Counted from the stretch's first letter, positions 25,777-35,644 are shown. The stretch: DNA of 64,000 nt from an uncultured Chthonomonadales bacterium (GCA_938005745.1 CALLMM010000016.1:12192-76191), one strand, 5' to 3'. Notes: generated by a model from the sequence alone, not told the origin. Numbers and translations: made by a program.

Positions 25777-26247
25777 CTACCACGTAGGCGGGAAGATCGA
25801 GATACGTCCCTTGAGCAGAGGTTTCGGCTCATCGGGAACCAGCGCATCGGAGCTCATTCGCACCACGCCGTTAACGGCGATTTTGAAGCTCAGGCAACTA
25901 TTCAGGCCGTCCGAGTTCATGTACATGGTGAGGGTAGCGCGGGACTTGCCGTAAAAGCCATTCGCCTCTACCATAACTTCATGGTTGGAGCTGAAGTTGA
26001 CCTTGCTGACCCAGCCGTAGAAACCGATCGTTCCGCCAAGCTGGCCAACATTCAACCGGTAGGTATTGATTCTTCCGTCAGGATAGACATAGACAGAAGA
26101 GACAACGCGGTAAGTTTTGCCGGCATTGGCAATATAAGCGTCGCTGCTGAAACCCGCCTTGCCCTGCGCGCTTGCGGGGGTTGCATTCGCCATCGCTATC
26201 GCCATCGCGCCAGCCGCAACCAGAAACATAAAGCTCTTGCGAAGCAT
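25777..26247 (-). CDS. Secreted hypothetical protein (paralog of 27492-27956)
   Basis: RBS AAGGAG; signal peptide ASA-Q; shared RVVSSVYV..TYRLN.G.LGGTIGFYGWVS. Confidence 0.85.
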   Translation of the reverse strand: MLRKSFMFLVAAGAMAIAMANATPASAQGKAGFSSDAYIANAGKTYRVVSSVYVYPDGRINTYRLNVGQLGGTIGFYGWVSKVNFSSNHEVMVEANGFYGKSRATLTMYMNSDGLNSCLSFKIAVNGVVRMSSDALVPDEPKPLLKGRISIFPPTW

Positions 26248-26389
26248 GGTATTACTCCTTTAACCGTAACTAGTTCACGCTGCGACGTTGAACTATCAGA
26301 GTTTTCCATTCTGTTCTGGAGGGCGAGCCTACGGGAGATACCGGGTTTTCAGGTGCTGCGCGGTGCCGGTGCGCAATTGTGGCTGCGAT

Positions 26390-26421
26390 AAAAAAGATCC
26401 CCGGTGAGGTCACCGGGGATC
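26390..26421 (-). terminator. Intrinsic terminator after PEP-CTERM gene 1
   Basis: GATCCCCGGTG-aggt-CACCGGGGATC hairpin with T6 on minus strand. Confidence 0.8.
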
Positions 26422-26447
26422 CTGAATGCTTTGGACGAGGAAGCGAT

Positions 26448-27146
26448 CTAGCGCTTGCGTCGGCGGAAGAGGAGGGCGGAGCCTGCGACGCCCATGCCGA
26501 CCAGCATCGCCAGCGTGCCCGGCTCAGGAACGAGCGTGCCGCTGATGTTGCCGCTGATCTGCGTGAACAGCTTGGTCTTCATGAAGCCATTGCCGCCAAT
26601 CACCACGCCGGTGTTGGCCGGGCTGTAGCCGTTGGCGTTGGAGGTGAACGAAGCCGCCTCGTTGGTGTAGGGACCGAGCGCGTAGTCCGAAGTCAGCGTC
26701 AGGTTCACGCCGAAGAACGGATCATCTCCCGTGGAGAGATCAATGTTATTGACAAAGCCCTGCGTATATGCCGCGATATCACCGCCCGGTACATTCGGGA
26801 AGACGGGGGTCGCCACGCCCTTGATGTAGGTCACCGTTCCGGCAGCATTGGTGATCTTAAAGGTGAAGCTGGAAAGACCTTGGAACCCGAAAAAGCCCGG
26901 ATTGGTGGCGGCGCCGCTGAAGGTCAGTTTCGCGGTAGCGTCTAGAAAGCCGGGTACCAGCGAGAGACCGGAGGTGTGAGTGAATTTGCCGGTCTGGGAG
27001 CCGGAGAGAACCTGCGTGGCGTTGTTGAAGGTGACGGTTCCCCCGTTGCCATCCCATCCCAGCTGCAACAGTGTGACAGCCTGACTGGTAACAGACGCTG
27101 TGAAGAGCGCCGTCCCAGCCATCAATATTACCAGTAACTTCCTCAT
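26448..27146 (-). CDS. PEP-CTERM sorting domain protein (copy 1)
   Basis: RBS AAGGAG, ATG 27146; signal peptide SQA; VPEPGTLAMLVGMGVAGSALLFRRRKR. Confidence 0.92.
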   Translation of the reverse strand: MRKLLVILMAGTALFTASVTSQAVTLLQLGWDGNGGTVTFNNATQVLSGSQTGKFTHTSGLSLVPGFLDATAKLTFSGAATNPGFFGFQGLSSFTFKITNAAGTVTYIKGVATPVFPNVPGGDIAAYTQGFVNNIDLSTGDDPFFGVNLTLTSDYALGPYTNEAASFTSNANGYSPANTGVVIGGNGFMKTKLFTQISGNISGTLVPEPGTLAMLVGMGVAGSALLFRRRKR

Positions 27147-27298
27147 GTGCTTCCAACTCCTTGTTCTGTCATCAGTAAATCTATGATTGCGCCGTGTGAA
27201 CGGATAGTCTGCCGAAATCTGGCAGCGCCACTCACTACTTCTGCGCAGGCGCGGAGATCTCCTCTTTGAAATCTTCACGGTGTTCAATGGAAGTAGAA

Positions 27299-27314
27299 TG
27301 CAAGTTCTATGCCA
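27299..27314 (-). promoter_or_regulatory. Sigma54 (-24/-12) promoter of PEP-CTERM copy 1
   Basis: Minus strand TGGCATAGAACTTGCA matches TGGCAC-N5-TTGCW; conserved in copy 2. Confidence 0.8.
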
Positions 27315-27423
27315 AAGGGAGCAGTGATGGTCATGAACAGGAGGAAAATTTCTGACTTTTTTACCGCCTGACGACTCCCTGTGCGTGAGGCTATTTGTTA
27401 TAGTGTACGAATAACCAGACGAC

Positions 27424-27461
27424 AAAAATCCGTATTACCGCGTCCCAGCGGCAATACGGAT
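27424..27461 (-). terminator. Intrinsic terminator after partner gene 27492-27956
   Basis: ATCCGTATTACCGC/GCGGCAATACGGAT hairpin followed by T-run on minus strand. Confidence 0.7.
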
Positions 27462-27491
27462 GAGCATCGGCGGTTTTCAGGATAGGAGAGG

Positions 27492-27956
27492 TCAGGGCGC
27501 GACGACCGTCACCCTGCCGGAGAGGATCGTTACCGGGTCGCCGGCAACCTGATCCAGGGTGTTCAGAACATTCACACCATTGACCACAATACGGAAGCCG
27601 ATCGCGCTGTTGGCGCCGTCCGACCGCAGATACATGTACAGCACTGCGCGGGAGCGACCCCAGAAGCCGTTCGCGGTTGCCTGCACCTCGTTCTCCGACA
27701 GAAAGTTGAGGCCGGAGACCCAGCCGTAAAATCCGATAGTGCCGCCCAGCACGCCGATATTCAGCCGGTAGGTGGAGATGCTGCCGTTAGGATTGACATA
27801 GACGGAAGAGACCACGCGGGCAGTGCCGGAGGGGGTGGGGACCTGTGCGTCGGTTGCGAATCCGGTATACTGCGCCCGGGCGGGAGAACTGAAAGAGAGT
27901 GCGACCAGCAGCGCCGCCAGTAAAGCGCTGCGAGAGATCAACGAAGACCAGTGCAT
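27492..27956 (-). CDS. Secreted hypothetical protein (paralog of 25777-26247)
   Basis: RBS GGAGG; signal peptide ARA-Q; clear similarity to paralog. Confidence 0.85.
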   Translation of the reverse strand: MHWSSLISRSALLAALLVALSFSSPARAQYTGFATDAQVPTPSGTARVVSSVYVNPNGSISTYRLNIGVLGGTIGFYGWVSGLNFLSENEVQATANGFWGRSRAVLYMYLRSDGANSAIGFRIVVNGVNVLNTLDQVAGDPVTILSGRVTVVAP

Positions 27957-28267
27957 GATTTCCTCCAGTTGGTGGCTAAATAGATTGGCTGCTGAAAGGC
28001 ATATCGGATAAGCCCAAAAGGTTTTGACTCTCGCCGTTCGAGCATCTGTGAGATGGATGGTAGGCGGTTACTATTTATAACCATTAACTTCAACAGGGAG
28101 CCTGCTCGGTGGATTTCAGACACAACAGACATGTGGCAAGAGGCGGGGGCGCGCATAGCCTTAATATTTTGTAATATGGCAAGAGAGAGACAAAAATAGT
28201 GTGTGTGAATGATATTCAGAAATCCGTTTGTCTGACGACCGTATCCCGAGAGAGGTTCCCTAATTGC

Positions 28268-28300
28268 GAAAAAATCCCGGAGGAACTCCGGGATTTTTTC
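28268..28300 (-). terminator. Intrinsic (bidirectional-type) terminator after PEP-CTERM gene 2
   Basis: GAAAAAATCCCGGAG-gaa-CTCCGGGATTTTTTC. Confidence 0.8.
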
Positions 28301-28317
28301 GATGGTCATGTAGGGCG

Positions 28318-29007
28318 TTAGCGCTTGCGTCGGCGGAAGAGGAGGGCGGAGCCTGCCACGCCCATGCCGACCAGCATCGCCAGCGTGCCCGGCTCGGGAA
28401 CGACCGTCTCGCCGCTGATATTGCCGCTGATCTGCGAGAACGTCTTGGTCTCCATGAAGCCGTTGGCATCAATCACCACGCCGCCGCCCGGGCTGTAGCC
28501 GTTGGCGTTGGAGGTGAAGGAGGCGGCGTTGGAGGTGTACGGACCGATCGCGTAGTCCGAGGTCAGCGTCAGCATAATCCCGCCGATCGGATCGTCACCG
28601 GTGGAAAGACCGATGCTGTTGGCAAAGCCGGTGGTATATGCTGCGACATCATCGCCCGGGATGGCGGCGGTCGCCACGCCCTTGATGTAGGTCACCGTTC
28701 CGGCGGCGTTCGTGATTTCGAACGTGTAGCTGCTCAGACCCTGAAAGCCCGGAAAGCCGGGGTTGGTCGCGGCGCCGGTGAAGATCAGCTTCGCAGTCAG
28801 ATCCGTGAAGCCCGGCGCCAGGGAGAGGCCGGAGGTGTGGGTGAACTTACCAGTCTGGGTTCCGGACAGAACCTGGGTGGCGTTGTCGAACTTGATGGTG
28901 CCGCCCGTGCCGTCCCAGCCGAGCTGCAGCAGGGTAACGGCCTGGCTAGTGACCGCAAGGGTCGCCAGAGCGGCGCCCGCCAGCAGAGTGCTCAGGAACT
29001 TCTTCAT
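28318..29007 (-). CDS. PEP-CTERM sorting domain protein (copy 2)
   Basis: Signal peptide SQA; VPEPGTLAMLVGMGVAGSALLFRRRKR identical to copy 1. Confidence 0.92.
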   Translation of the reverse strand: MKKFLSTLLAGAALATLAVTSQAVTLLQLGWDGTGGTIKFDNATQVLSGTQTGKFTHTSGLSLAPGFTDLTAKLIFTGAATNPGFPGFQGLSSYTFEITNAAGTVTYIKGVATAAIPGDDVAAYTTGFANSIGLSTGDDPIGGIMLTLTSDYAIGPYTSNAASFTSNANGYSPGGGVVIDANGFMETKTFSQISGNISGETVVPEPGTLAMLVGMGVAGSALLFRRRKR

Positions 29008-29134
29008 CTACAGGTGGTCTCCTTTCTCGAGAAGAGAAGATAAAGGAGCGCTCGGTGATGGTCTCCTCCAGTACGTAGGAGGCTACTTCTCATCAACTAC
29101 AGCGCATGGGTCGAGATCTCCATTGACTTCTGAA

Positions 29135-29150
29135 TGCAAGTTCTGTGCCA
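29135..29150 (-). promoter_or_regulatory. Sigma54 (-24/-12) promoter of PEP-CTERM copy 2
   Basis: Minus strand TGGCACAGAACTTGCA, near-consensus. Confidence 0.85.
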
Positions 29151-29344
29151 AAAGGAGTATGCGGGTCAACTTTTTTTTCCTGCTTTTTTCGCCGCAGTTC
29201 CTTTCGGCTTTGAACTGAGCCTTCTCATGCGTTTTTCAACATGCTACAGTATGATGCGCTCGCGTCTACCATAGATGCAATTTGCGTGCCATATTCCGCA
29301 TGACCGTCTCGGATCGGGGAGTTTTCAGTATTTTTTTGCAGGAT

Positions 29345-30085
29345 TCATTCCCTCTGTTCTCCGCGTCCCGCAAAAATCGCGCGCACGCCCGCCAGATCCT
29401 CGGGCGTATCCACCGACAGAGGCGCCTTCTCGATGCGCACCATGCGGATCGTGTATCCGTGCTCCAGAGCGCGAAGCTGCTCCAGCGACTCGGTCTGCTC
29501 GAGAGGCGTCGGGGGCAGCGCGGCGAAGGCGAGCAGAAACTCCCGGCGGTAGGCGTACAGCCCTACATGCTGCATGACCGGGATCGCCGCCGTCTCGCCC
29601 CGCTGAAAGGGGATGCGCGCGCGAGAGAAGTAGAGCGCGTTGTTCTGCCGGTCGTGCACCACCTTGACGGTTGAAGGGGCGTCCAGTTCCGACTCCGGGC
29701 AGATGCACATCAGCGAACTCATCGGCAGGGCGGGGTCCGCCAGCAGCGGCGCGACCGCCTGCTCGATCACCTGCGGCTCGATCAGCGGCTCGTCGCCCTG
29801 AATGTTGACGATGATCTCAGCATCCAGGCTCGCGGCGGCTTCCGCCAGCCGGTCGGTGCCGGAGCGGTGCCGGGGCGAGGTCATCACGGCTCTCCCCCCG
29901 AACCCTTCGACGGCTTTGCGGATCGCTTCGTCCGGCGTGGCGACGAGCAGATCGTCCAGGCAGGCTGCCTGCCGAGCGCGCTCCCAGACCCACTGAATCA
30001 TCGGCTTGCCCGCGATGTCGAGCAACGGCTTATCCGGCAGGCGCACGGCGGCAAGGCGCGCCGGAATGATCCCGGTAACTTTCAT
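29345..30085 (-). CDS. kdsB: 3-deoxy-manno-octulosonate cytidylyltransferase
   Basis: IIPAR..RLPDKPL, SGTDRLAE, NIQGDEP, ESLEQLRALE, SVDTPEDL. Confidence 0.95.
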   Translation of the reverse strand: MKVTGIIPARLAAVRLPDKPLLDIAGKPMIQWVWERARQAACLDDLLVATPDEAIRKAVEGFGGRAVMTSPRHRSGTDRLAEAAASLDAEIIVNIQGDEPLIEPQVIEQAVAPLLADPALPMSSLMCICPESELDAPSTVKVVHDRQNNALYFSRARIPFQRGETAAIPVMQHVGLYAYRREFLLAFAALPPTPLEQTESLEQLRALEHGYTIRMVRIEKAPLSVDTPEDLAGVRAIFAGRGEQRE

Positions 30086-30121
30086 GCCAGATCTCCTTCC
30101 AGACGGCTCGATGTGGGGGGA

Positions 30122-31201
30122 CTACGCCCCGATCTCTCTCAGAACAGCCAGCGCCGCCTCCCGCACCGGCTCCGGAGGCAGCGCGTCGAGGGCACGCCGG
30201 TTGGCGTGGCGGTCGGCGCGTCCGGGTGAGAAGGGAGCCGTTACGACCCGATGCGGGGCGCCGTAGCCCCATCGGGCGGCGGTCTGCGGTCCCTGCACCG
30301 AGACGGTGGGAGTGTTCAGCGCGGCGGCGGCGTGCACCAGCGCGGTATCGTTGGCGATCAGCAGGTCGGCTTCGGCAAGCAGCGCCAGCGCCTCGCGCAG
30401 GTTCGTGCGTCCCGCCAGGTTTACGAAGGGGGTTCGGCTGAGCGCGGCGACCTGCGCGCAGTCGCCCTCCTCCTCCTTCGCCCCGATCAGCGCGAAGCAG
30501 GCGCGAAGACCGGCGGAGCCGTTCCCTGAAAGATGCTGCGCCAGCCCGTCGGCGACGGCGGCGAACCGCGCCCCCTCCCATCGCTTCTTGTAGGGGTCTT
30601 TTGCGCCCGGTTGAAACAGAATCAGCGGACGGGGCAGAGGCGGCGGCGCGCCCGCCCCGGCGAGCATCTCCCGCGCGCGCCGCCGCTCCTCCTCCGTCAC
30701 CCACAGCTCCGGCAGACGGTATGCCGCCTCCACGCCGACGGCGCGCAGAAGGTCGAGATAGCAGTCAATCTCGCGGGCGTCCCGGCGATAGGGAACGCGG
30801 GTCGTCAGCAGCGGTCCCCGGCACTCCGTGTCGAACCCGATCCGTCGGGGGATGCGGGCGAGGGCGGCGATCCAGGCGGAGTGGAGGGAGCGGTTGAGCA
30901 GAAAGGCGGCGTCGAACCGCGCCGCGCGAATCTGGGAGATCAACTGCCGGTTGGCGCGCCATCCACCAGGATTCTGCGGGTCGAATGTCCAGATTTCGCT
31001 CAGATAGGGGCAGCCCTGCAGCAGGATCGGGAGCGCAGGACCGGTCAGCAGAATGACCGCCGCCTCCGGAGCGACCTCGCGCAGCCGCCGCAGGAACGGG
31101 GTGGCGACGATGGTGTCGCCCAGATAGCGAAACTTGGTGACGACCAGAATGCGCTGTGCCTCCGCAAGCGTGCGCTGCGCATCTTCAGGCAGGGAGGGCA
31201 T
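30122..31201 (-). CDS. Glycosyltransferase family 9 (LPS heptosyltransferase-like)
   Basis: LGDTIVATP, QPGA..KRW..FA, NLAGRTNL, ANDTALVHAAAAL. Confidence 0.88.
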   Translation of the reverse strand: MPSLPEDAQRTLAEAQRILVVTKFRYLGDTIVATPFLRRLREVAPEAAVILLTGPALPILLQGCPYLSEIWTFDPQNPGGWRANRQLISQIRAARFDAAFLLNRSLHSAWIAALARIPRRIGFDTECRGPLLTTRVPYRRDAREIDCYLDLLRAVGVEAAYRLPELWVTEEERRRAREMLAGAGAPPPLPRPLILFQPGAKDPYKKRWEGARFAAVADGLAQHLSGNGSAGLRACFALIGAKEEEGDCAQVAALSRTPFVNLAGRTNLREALALLAEADLLIANDTALVHAAAALNTPTVSVQGPQTAARWGYGAPHRVVTAPFSPGRADRHANRRALDALPPEPVREAALAVLREIGA

Positions 31202-31210
31202 GGGATCTCC

Positions 31211-32044
31211 TCAGAGCGACGGGGCGCGCCGGGCGATCCGGTGGATCTCGACGACGGTCGTCAGCAGCGCGGGAAGCTGCGCCAGCGGGTACATGGTCGC
31301 CGGGTCGGAAAGCCCCTTCTCCGGCTCCGGATGAACCTCCATGAAGAGGGCGTCTATCCCGGCGGCGGCGGCGGCGCGCGCCAGATGCGGGATGAATTCG
31401 CGCCTGCCCCCCGACTGCCTCCCCGCCGCGCCCGGAAGCTGAACGCTGTGCGTGGCGTCAAAACAGACCGGATAGCCCAGCGCGCGCATCTGCGGCAGGG
31501 CGGTCATGTCCACGATGAGCGTGTGGTAGCCGAAAGAGACGCCCCGCTCGGTCAGGATCAGGTTGCGGTTGCCGGTCTGCACGATCTTCTGCGCGACGTT
31601 CGCCATGTCTGCGGGCGCGAGAAACTGTCCCTTCTTGACGTTGACACAGCGTCCGGTCTGCGCGGCGGCGATCAGCAGATCGGTCTGCCGGCACAGAAAG
31701 GCGGGTATCTGCAGCACATCGGCGACCTGCGCGACCGGCTGCGCCTGCCAGGATTCGTGGATGTCGGTCAGAACCGGGACGTCGAACTCACGGCGGATGT
31801 CCGCCAGAACCTGCAGCCCCCTCTCCATCCCCTGACCGCGATAGGCGTCGGCGGCGGTGCGGTTGGCTTTATCGAAGGAGGCTTTGAAGATGTAGTGTAT
31901 CCCGATCTCCGCGCAGATCGTCTTCACGGCGGCGGCGACTTCGCGGCACAGGTCGAGGCTCTCAATCACGCACGGTCCGGCGATGAGCGTCAGGGGATCC
32001 GACTCTCCGCCGATGGTGAAGCCTCCGACAGCAGCAGGGGACAT
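31211..32044 (-). CDS. kdsA: KDO8P synthase
   Basis: [49 protein letters not shown]. Confidence 0.96.
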   Translation of the reverse strand: MSPAAVGGFTIGGESDPLTLIAGPCVIESLDLCREVAAAVKTICAEIGIHYIFKASFDKANRTAADAYRGQGMERGLQVLADIRREFDVPVLTDIHESWQAQPVAQVADVLQIPAFLCRQTDLLIAAAQTGRCVNVKKGQFLAPADMANVAQKIVQTGNRNLILTERGVSFGYHTLIVDMTALPQMRALGYPVCFDATHSVQLPGAAGRQSGGRREFIPHLARAAAAAGIDALFMEVHPEPEKGLSDPATMYPLAQLPALLTTVVEIHRIARRAPSL

Positions 32045-32228
32045 GACAGGCGCTCCCGGAAAGTGGCGTTGAGACGCGGCGCGCGTCCGCGCCCCTCTCC
32101 CATCATTGTACCCGTTCGGGAGGCGGCTGCGGCTGTCTGTGAGTCGGCAGGAGAGCGCGCAGGGCGGGGGATTCGGGAAATCTTTTTCCTTGTTTGACTA
32201 AAAAAGCGTTCGATTTGCGCCGAAATAA

Positions 32229-32258
32229 TTGACGAGCAGGTATAAGTCGTGATATGAT
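32229..32258 (+). promoter_or_regulatory. Sigma70-type promoter for the ilvB leader
   Basis: TTGACG-18 bp-TATGAT with extended -10 TG. Confidence 0.6.
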
Positions 32259-32284
32259 TATGTCCACTGTCCAAATTTTCACAA

Positions 32285-32573
32285 GGCGTGGATGAGGCAA
32301 GTACGCGCAGGCTTCGGTTTCAGAGAGTCGCCGGGTGGTGCGAGGCGATAAGGGTCTGCGCGGAAACTCCCCTCGGAGCTGAACGGTCGAACGGAGGACG
32401 CCTGCGGGCGTCGGGCTTCCTAGTAGCCTGTTACGGGCGCGCCCGTTATCGCGCAGAAAGTGGAGCGGCACTGCGGTTACACAGGGGTAACCGGCATCTT
32501 CGGATGCGCGGCTCTACAAGGGTGGTACCACGTGAGTTCAGCCTCTCGTCCCTTGGGGATGAGGGGCTTTTTT
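32285..32573 (+). ncRNA. T-box leader (tRNA-sensing riboswitch), probable Leu (CUC) specifier, with terminator
   Basis: AGTA motif; AG-box CAGAGAG; GGTG box; specifier GAAA-CTC at 32367; CCGTTA box; T-box AAGGGTGGTACCACG at 32518-32532; terminator AGCCTCTCGTCCC/GGGATGAGGGGC-T6. Confidence 0.9.
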
Positions 32574-32638
32574 GGTCGCAGGGCGCAAGGGCGCGCTCCC
32601 GGCGGATCTATACAGAAGCGAAAGGGTATGAAACGACG

Positions 32639-34447
32639 ATGAAAATGTCCGGCGCGAACATCATGCTGGAGTGCCTGCGGCGCGAAGGCGTGCGGCACAT
32701 CTTCGGCTATCCCGGAGGGGCGGTGCTTCCGATCTACGACGCCCTCTACGGCTACACCGACATCGAGCACGTTCTTGTTCGCCATGAGCAGGGAGCCTCG
32801 CATATGGCGGACGGCTATGCGCGAGCGACCGGTCAGGTGGGCGTCTGCCTGGCGACCAGCGGACCCGGCGCGACCAACCTCGTCACCGGGATCGCCACCG
32901 CCTACATGGACTCCATTCCGATCGTCGCCATCACCGGACAGGTGCGCACCAGCGTCATCGGCAAGGACGCCTTCCAGGAGGCGGACATCACCGGGATCAC
33001 CATGCCGGTCACCAAACATAACTTCCTGGTCAAGCGTCCTGAAGACCTGCCCCGCGTCATCGCCGAGGCGTTCTATATCGCCCGCTCCGGTCGTCCCGGT
33101 CCGGTGCTGGTGGACATCCCGCTGGATGTGAGCCTGACGAAGATCGAGTGGGATCCGGAGACCTATACCACACAGGTCAACATCCCCTCCTACAAGCCCA
33201 CCACGCGCGGGCATGAGATGCAGATTCGCAAAGCCGCGCAGTTGATCGCCGAGGCGAAGCGTCCCGTGCTCTATGTGGGCGGAGGCGCGATCTCCTCCGG
33301 CGCCGCAAAAGAGGTGACCGAACTGGCGGAGCGCACCAACATTCTGGTAACAACCACCCTGCTCGGCAAGGGCGCGATTGACGAGACGCACCGACTCTCG
33401 ATGGGGATGCTGGGAATGCATGGAACCGCTTACGCCAACCATGCCGTCAACAACTGCGACCTGCTGATTGCCGTCGGGGCGCGGTTTGATGACCGCGTGA
33501 CCGGCAAGGTGGACAAGTTCGCCACCGGCGCGAAGATCATTCACATAGATATTGACCCGGCGGAGATCGGGAAGGTAAAGGTGCCGGATGTGCCGATTGT
33601 GGGCGATGTGAAGACGGTGCTGACCGAACTGCTCAAGCATGTGCAGCCACGCCCCTGGACGGAGTGGAACGATCAGATCATGGAGTGGCGGGCGCGCTTC
33701 CCGCTCATCTACCCGCGCGACGGCAAGCTCTACGCGGAGTATGTGATCGAACAGATCGGCGAGGTGACCAACTGGGAAGCGATCATGACCACCGATGTCG
33801 GTCAGCATCAGATGTGGGCGGCGCAGTACTATAAGTGCCGACGCCCGCGCCAGTGGGTTACCTCCGGCGGTCTGGGAACAATGGGCTTCGGACTACCCGC
33901 CGCCATCGGCGTCCAGAAGGCGTTCCCCGACGCCACCGTCGTCTGTCTCTCCGGAGACGGCTCCTTCCAGATGTGCGTGCAGGAGTTGATGACCGCCACC
34001 GTCTACGGTCTTCCCGTGATTACGGCGATCATCAACAACCGCTCGCTGGGCATGGTGCGCCAGTGGCAGGAGATGTTCTACGAAGAGCGGTATAGCCATG
34101 TGGACCTGCAGGCGTCGCCGGACTACGTGAAGCTCGCCGAAGCCTACGGCGGCGTGGGAATGCGCGTGCAGAAGCCGGAGGATCTGCGCGCCGCGCTGGA
34201 AGAGGCGGTGAAGATTCGCAACCGACCGGTCGTGCTGGACTGCGTGATCCCGACGGAGGAGAACGTCTACCCGATGATCCCGTCCGGTCAGAGCATAGAC
34301 GAGATGAAGATCCGCGAAAACCTGGAGGAGCTGAAAGCCACCGTCCATGCCGACAGCGAGACCTGGTCGTTCTCCGATGAGGAGAAGGTGCTGGAGCAGT
34401 ATGTCGAGGCGGTGCGCGCCGCGGAAGCGCGCAAAGAGAAGGAGTAG
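32639..34447 (+). CDS. ilvB: Acetolactate synthase large subunit
   Basis: FGYPGGAVL, RHEQGA, TSGPGATN, TSGGLGTMGFG, GDGSFQM. Confidence 0.96.
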   Translation: MKMSGANIMLECLRREGVRHIFGYPGGAVLPIYDALYGYTDIEHVLVRHEQGASHMADGYARATGQVGVCLATSGPGATNLVTGIATAYMDSIPIVAITGQVRTSVIGKDAFQEADITGITMPVTKHNFLVKRPEDLPRVIAEAFYIARSGRPGPVLVDIPLDVSLTKIEWDPETYTTQVNIPSYKPTTRGHEMQIRKAAQLIAEAKRPVLYVGGGAISSGAAKEVTELAERTNILVTTTLLGKGAIDETHRLSMGMLGMHGTAYANHAVNNCDLLIAVGARFDDRVTGKVDKFATGAKIIHIDIDPAEIGKVKVPDVPIVGDVKTVLTELLKHVQPRPWTEWNDQIMEWRARFPLIYPRDGKLYAEYVIEQIGEVTNWEAIMTTDVGQHQMWAAQYYKCRRPRQWVTSGGLGTMGFGLPAAIGVQKAFPDATVVCLSGDGSFQMCVQELMTATVYGLPVITAIINNRSLGMVRQWQEMFYEERYSHVDLQASPDYVKLAEAYGGVGMRVQKPEDLRAALEEAVKIRNRPVVLDCVIPTEENVYPMIPSGQSIDEMKIRENLEELKATVHADSETWSFSDEEKVLEQYVEAVRAAEARKEKE

Positions 34448-34450
34448 GCA

Positions 34451-34978
34451 GTGGCAACGGCAATCAGCAACACGATCATGGCACAGATGCAGCAGCAGCA
34501 TGTTATCACGGTTCTGGTAGAGAACCATCCGGGCGTTCTGGCGCGTGTGGCGGGTCTGTTTGCGCGGCGCGGCTACAACATCGAATCGCTGACCGTCTCC
34601 GTCACCGACGATCCGCAGGTCTCCCGCATGACGATCGTGGTGGGGGAGGATCACCGCGTGCTGGAGCAGGTCATCAAGCAGCTTCATAAGCTGATCGAGG
34701 TGATCCGCGTCGCCGACTACGCCGAGTTTCCGGCGATAGAGCGGGAGCTGGCGTTGATCAAAGTCAACGCCGATCCGAGGCACCGCCGCGAGATCATGGA
34801 GATCGCGGAGGTCTTTCGCGGACGTATCGTGGATATGAGCGACAAGACCTTCGTGGTCGAGGTGACCGGCGGAACGGAGAAAATAGACAAAATCTACGAA
34901 CTCCTGAGCGCGTATGGTATACGGGAGATGGTGCGAACGGGCGTCATCGCGATGGCGCGCGGCACGAAGACCGCGTAG
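34451..34978 (+). CDS. ilvN: Acetolactate synthase small subunit
   Basis: VENHPGVLARVAGLFARRGYNIESL ACT domain, EMVRTG. Confidence 0.95.
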   Translation: MATAISNTIMAQMQQQHVITVLVENHPGVLARVAGLFARRGYNIESLTVSVTDDPQVSRMTIVVGEDHRVLEQVIKQLHKLIEVIRVADYAEFPAIERELALIKVNADPRHRREIMEIAEVFRGRIVDMSDKTFVVEVTGGTEKIDKIYELLSAYGIREMVRTGVIAMARGTKTA

Positions 34979-35005
34979 AGCGTTCGGCGCAGCAGAGACG
35001 GGCAG

Positions 35006-35272
35006 ATGACGGATGAGATCCGGGCGGATTCCTATCGCGATACGGAAGAGATGGGCTGCGGAGATCTGATGATCGCGCTCCGAAAGGCGATTCGACCTCT
35101 GGAACCCGGACAGGTGCTGGAGATCCGGGCGACCGATGCGGGGGCGTCCGAAGACATTCCGGCATGGTGCCGTCTGACCCGGCATGAACTGCTTGCCGGA
35201 CCGTGCGGACCCGATAACGCGCACTATTTCATTCGGAAGCGGCGGACCGACGCTGCGCCGCAAACAGGATAG
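35006..35272 (+). CDS. TusA/SirA family sulfur carrier
   Basis: MGCGDL..LEPGQVLEIRATD..DIPAWCRLT. Confidence 0.85.
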   Translation: MTDEIRADSYRDTEEMGCGDLMIALRKAIRPLEPGQVLEIRATDAGASEDIPAWCRLTRHELLAGPCGPDNAHYFIRKRRTDAAPQTG

Positions 35273-35284
35273 AAGGAGAGACTC

Positions 35285-35644
35285 GTGGCAAAGCTGCTCA
35301 TCAGTATCACCAACGCCAAAAACGATACCGACCGCGCGACGGTCGGGTTCGTGGTCGCCAACGCCTCGGTGGCTTCCGATGTGGAGACGGTCGTCTTTCT
35401 GAGCACGGAGGGCGTCCGGCTGGCGCAGAAGGGCTACGCCGATGACATCCATGAAGAGGGCTTCAAGCCGCTCCGGGAGCTGATCGGCGACTTCGTGGAG
35501 GCGGGCGGAACGATCTGGGTCTGTTCGCCCTGCTTCAAAAAGCGCGGACTGGATGAGAGTGCGCTGATCGAGGGCGCAACCATCGTGGGAGGCGCGAAGG
35601 CGGTGGAGTTTCTGGCGACCGGCGGAACAAGCATCACCTACTGA
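35285..35644 (+). CDS. DsrE family protein
   Basis: VFLSTEGVRLA..GGTIWVCSPCFKKRG; RBS AAGGAG. Confidence 0.88.
   Translation: MAKLLISITNAKNDTDRATVGFVVANASVASDVETVVFLSTEGVRLAQKGYADDIHEEGFKPLRELIGDFVEAGGTIWVCSPCFKKRGLDESALIEGATIVGGAKAVEFLATGGTSITY

Noticed and set aside
27147-27425. N-terminal extension of PEP-CTERM copy 1
   Set aside because: It covers the sigma54 promoter; RBS, signal peptide and the paralog support ATG 27146
32288-32638. 117-aa N-terminal extension of ilvB
   Set aside because: It overlaps the T-box leader and terminator; homology starts at ATG 32639
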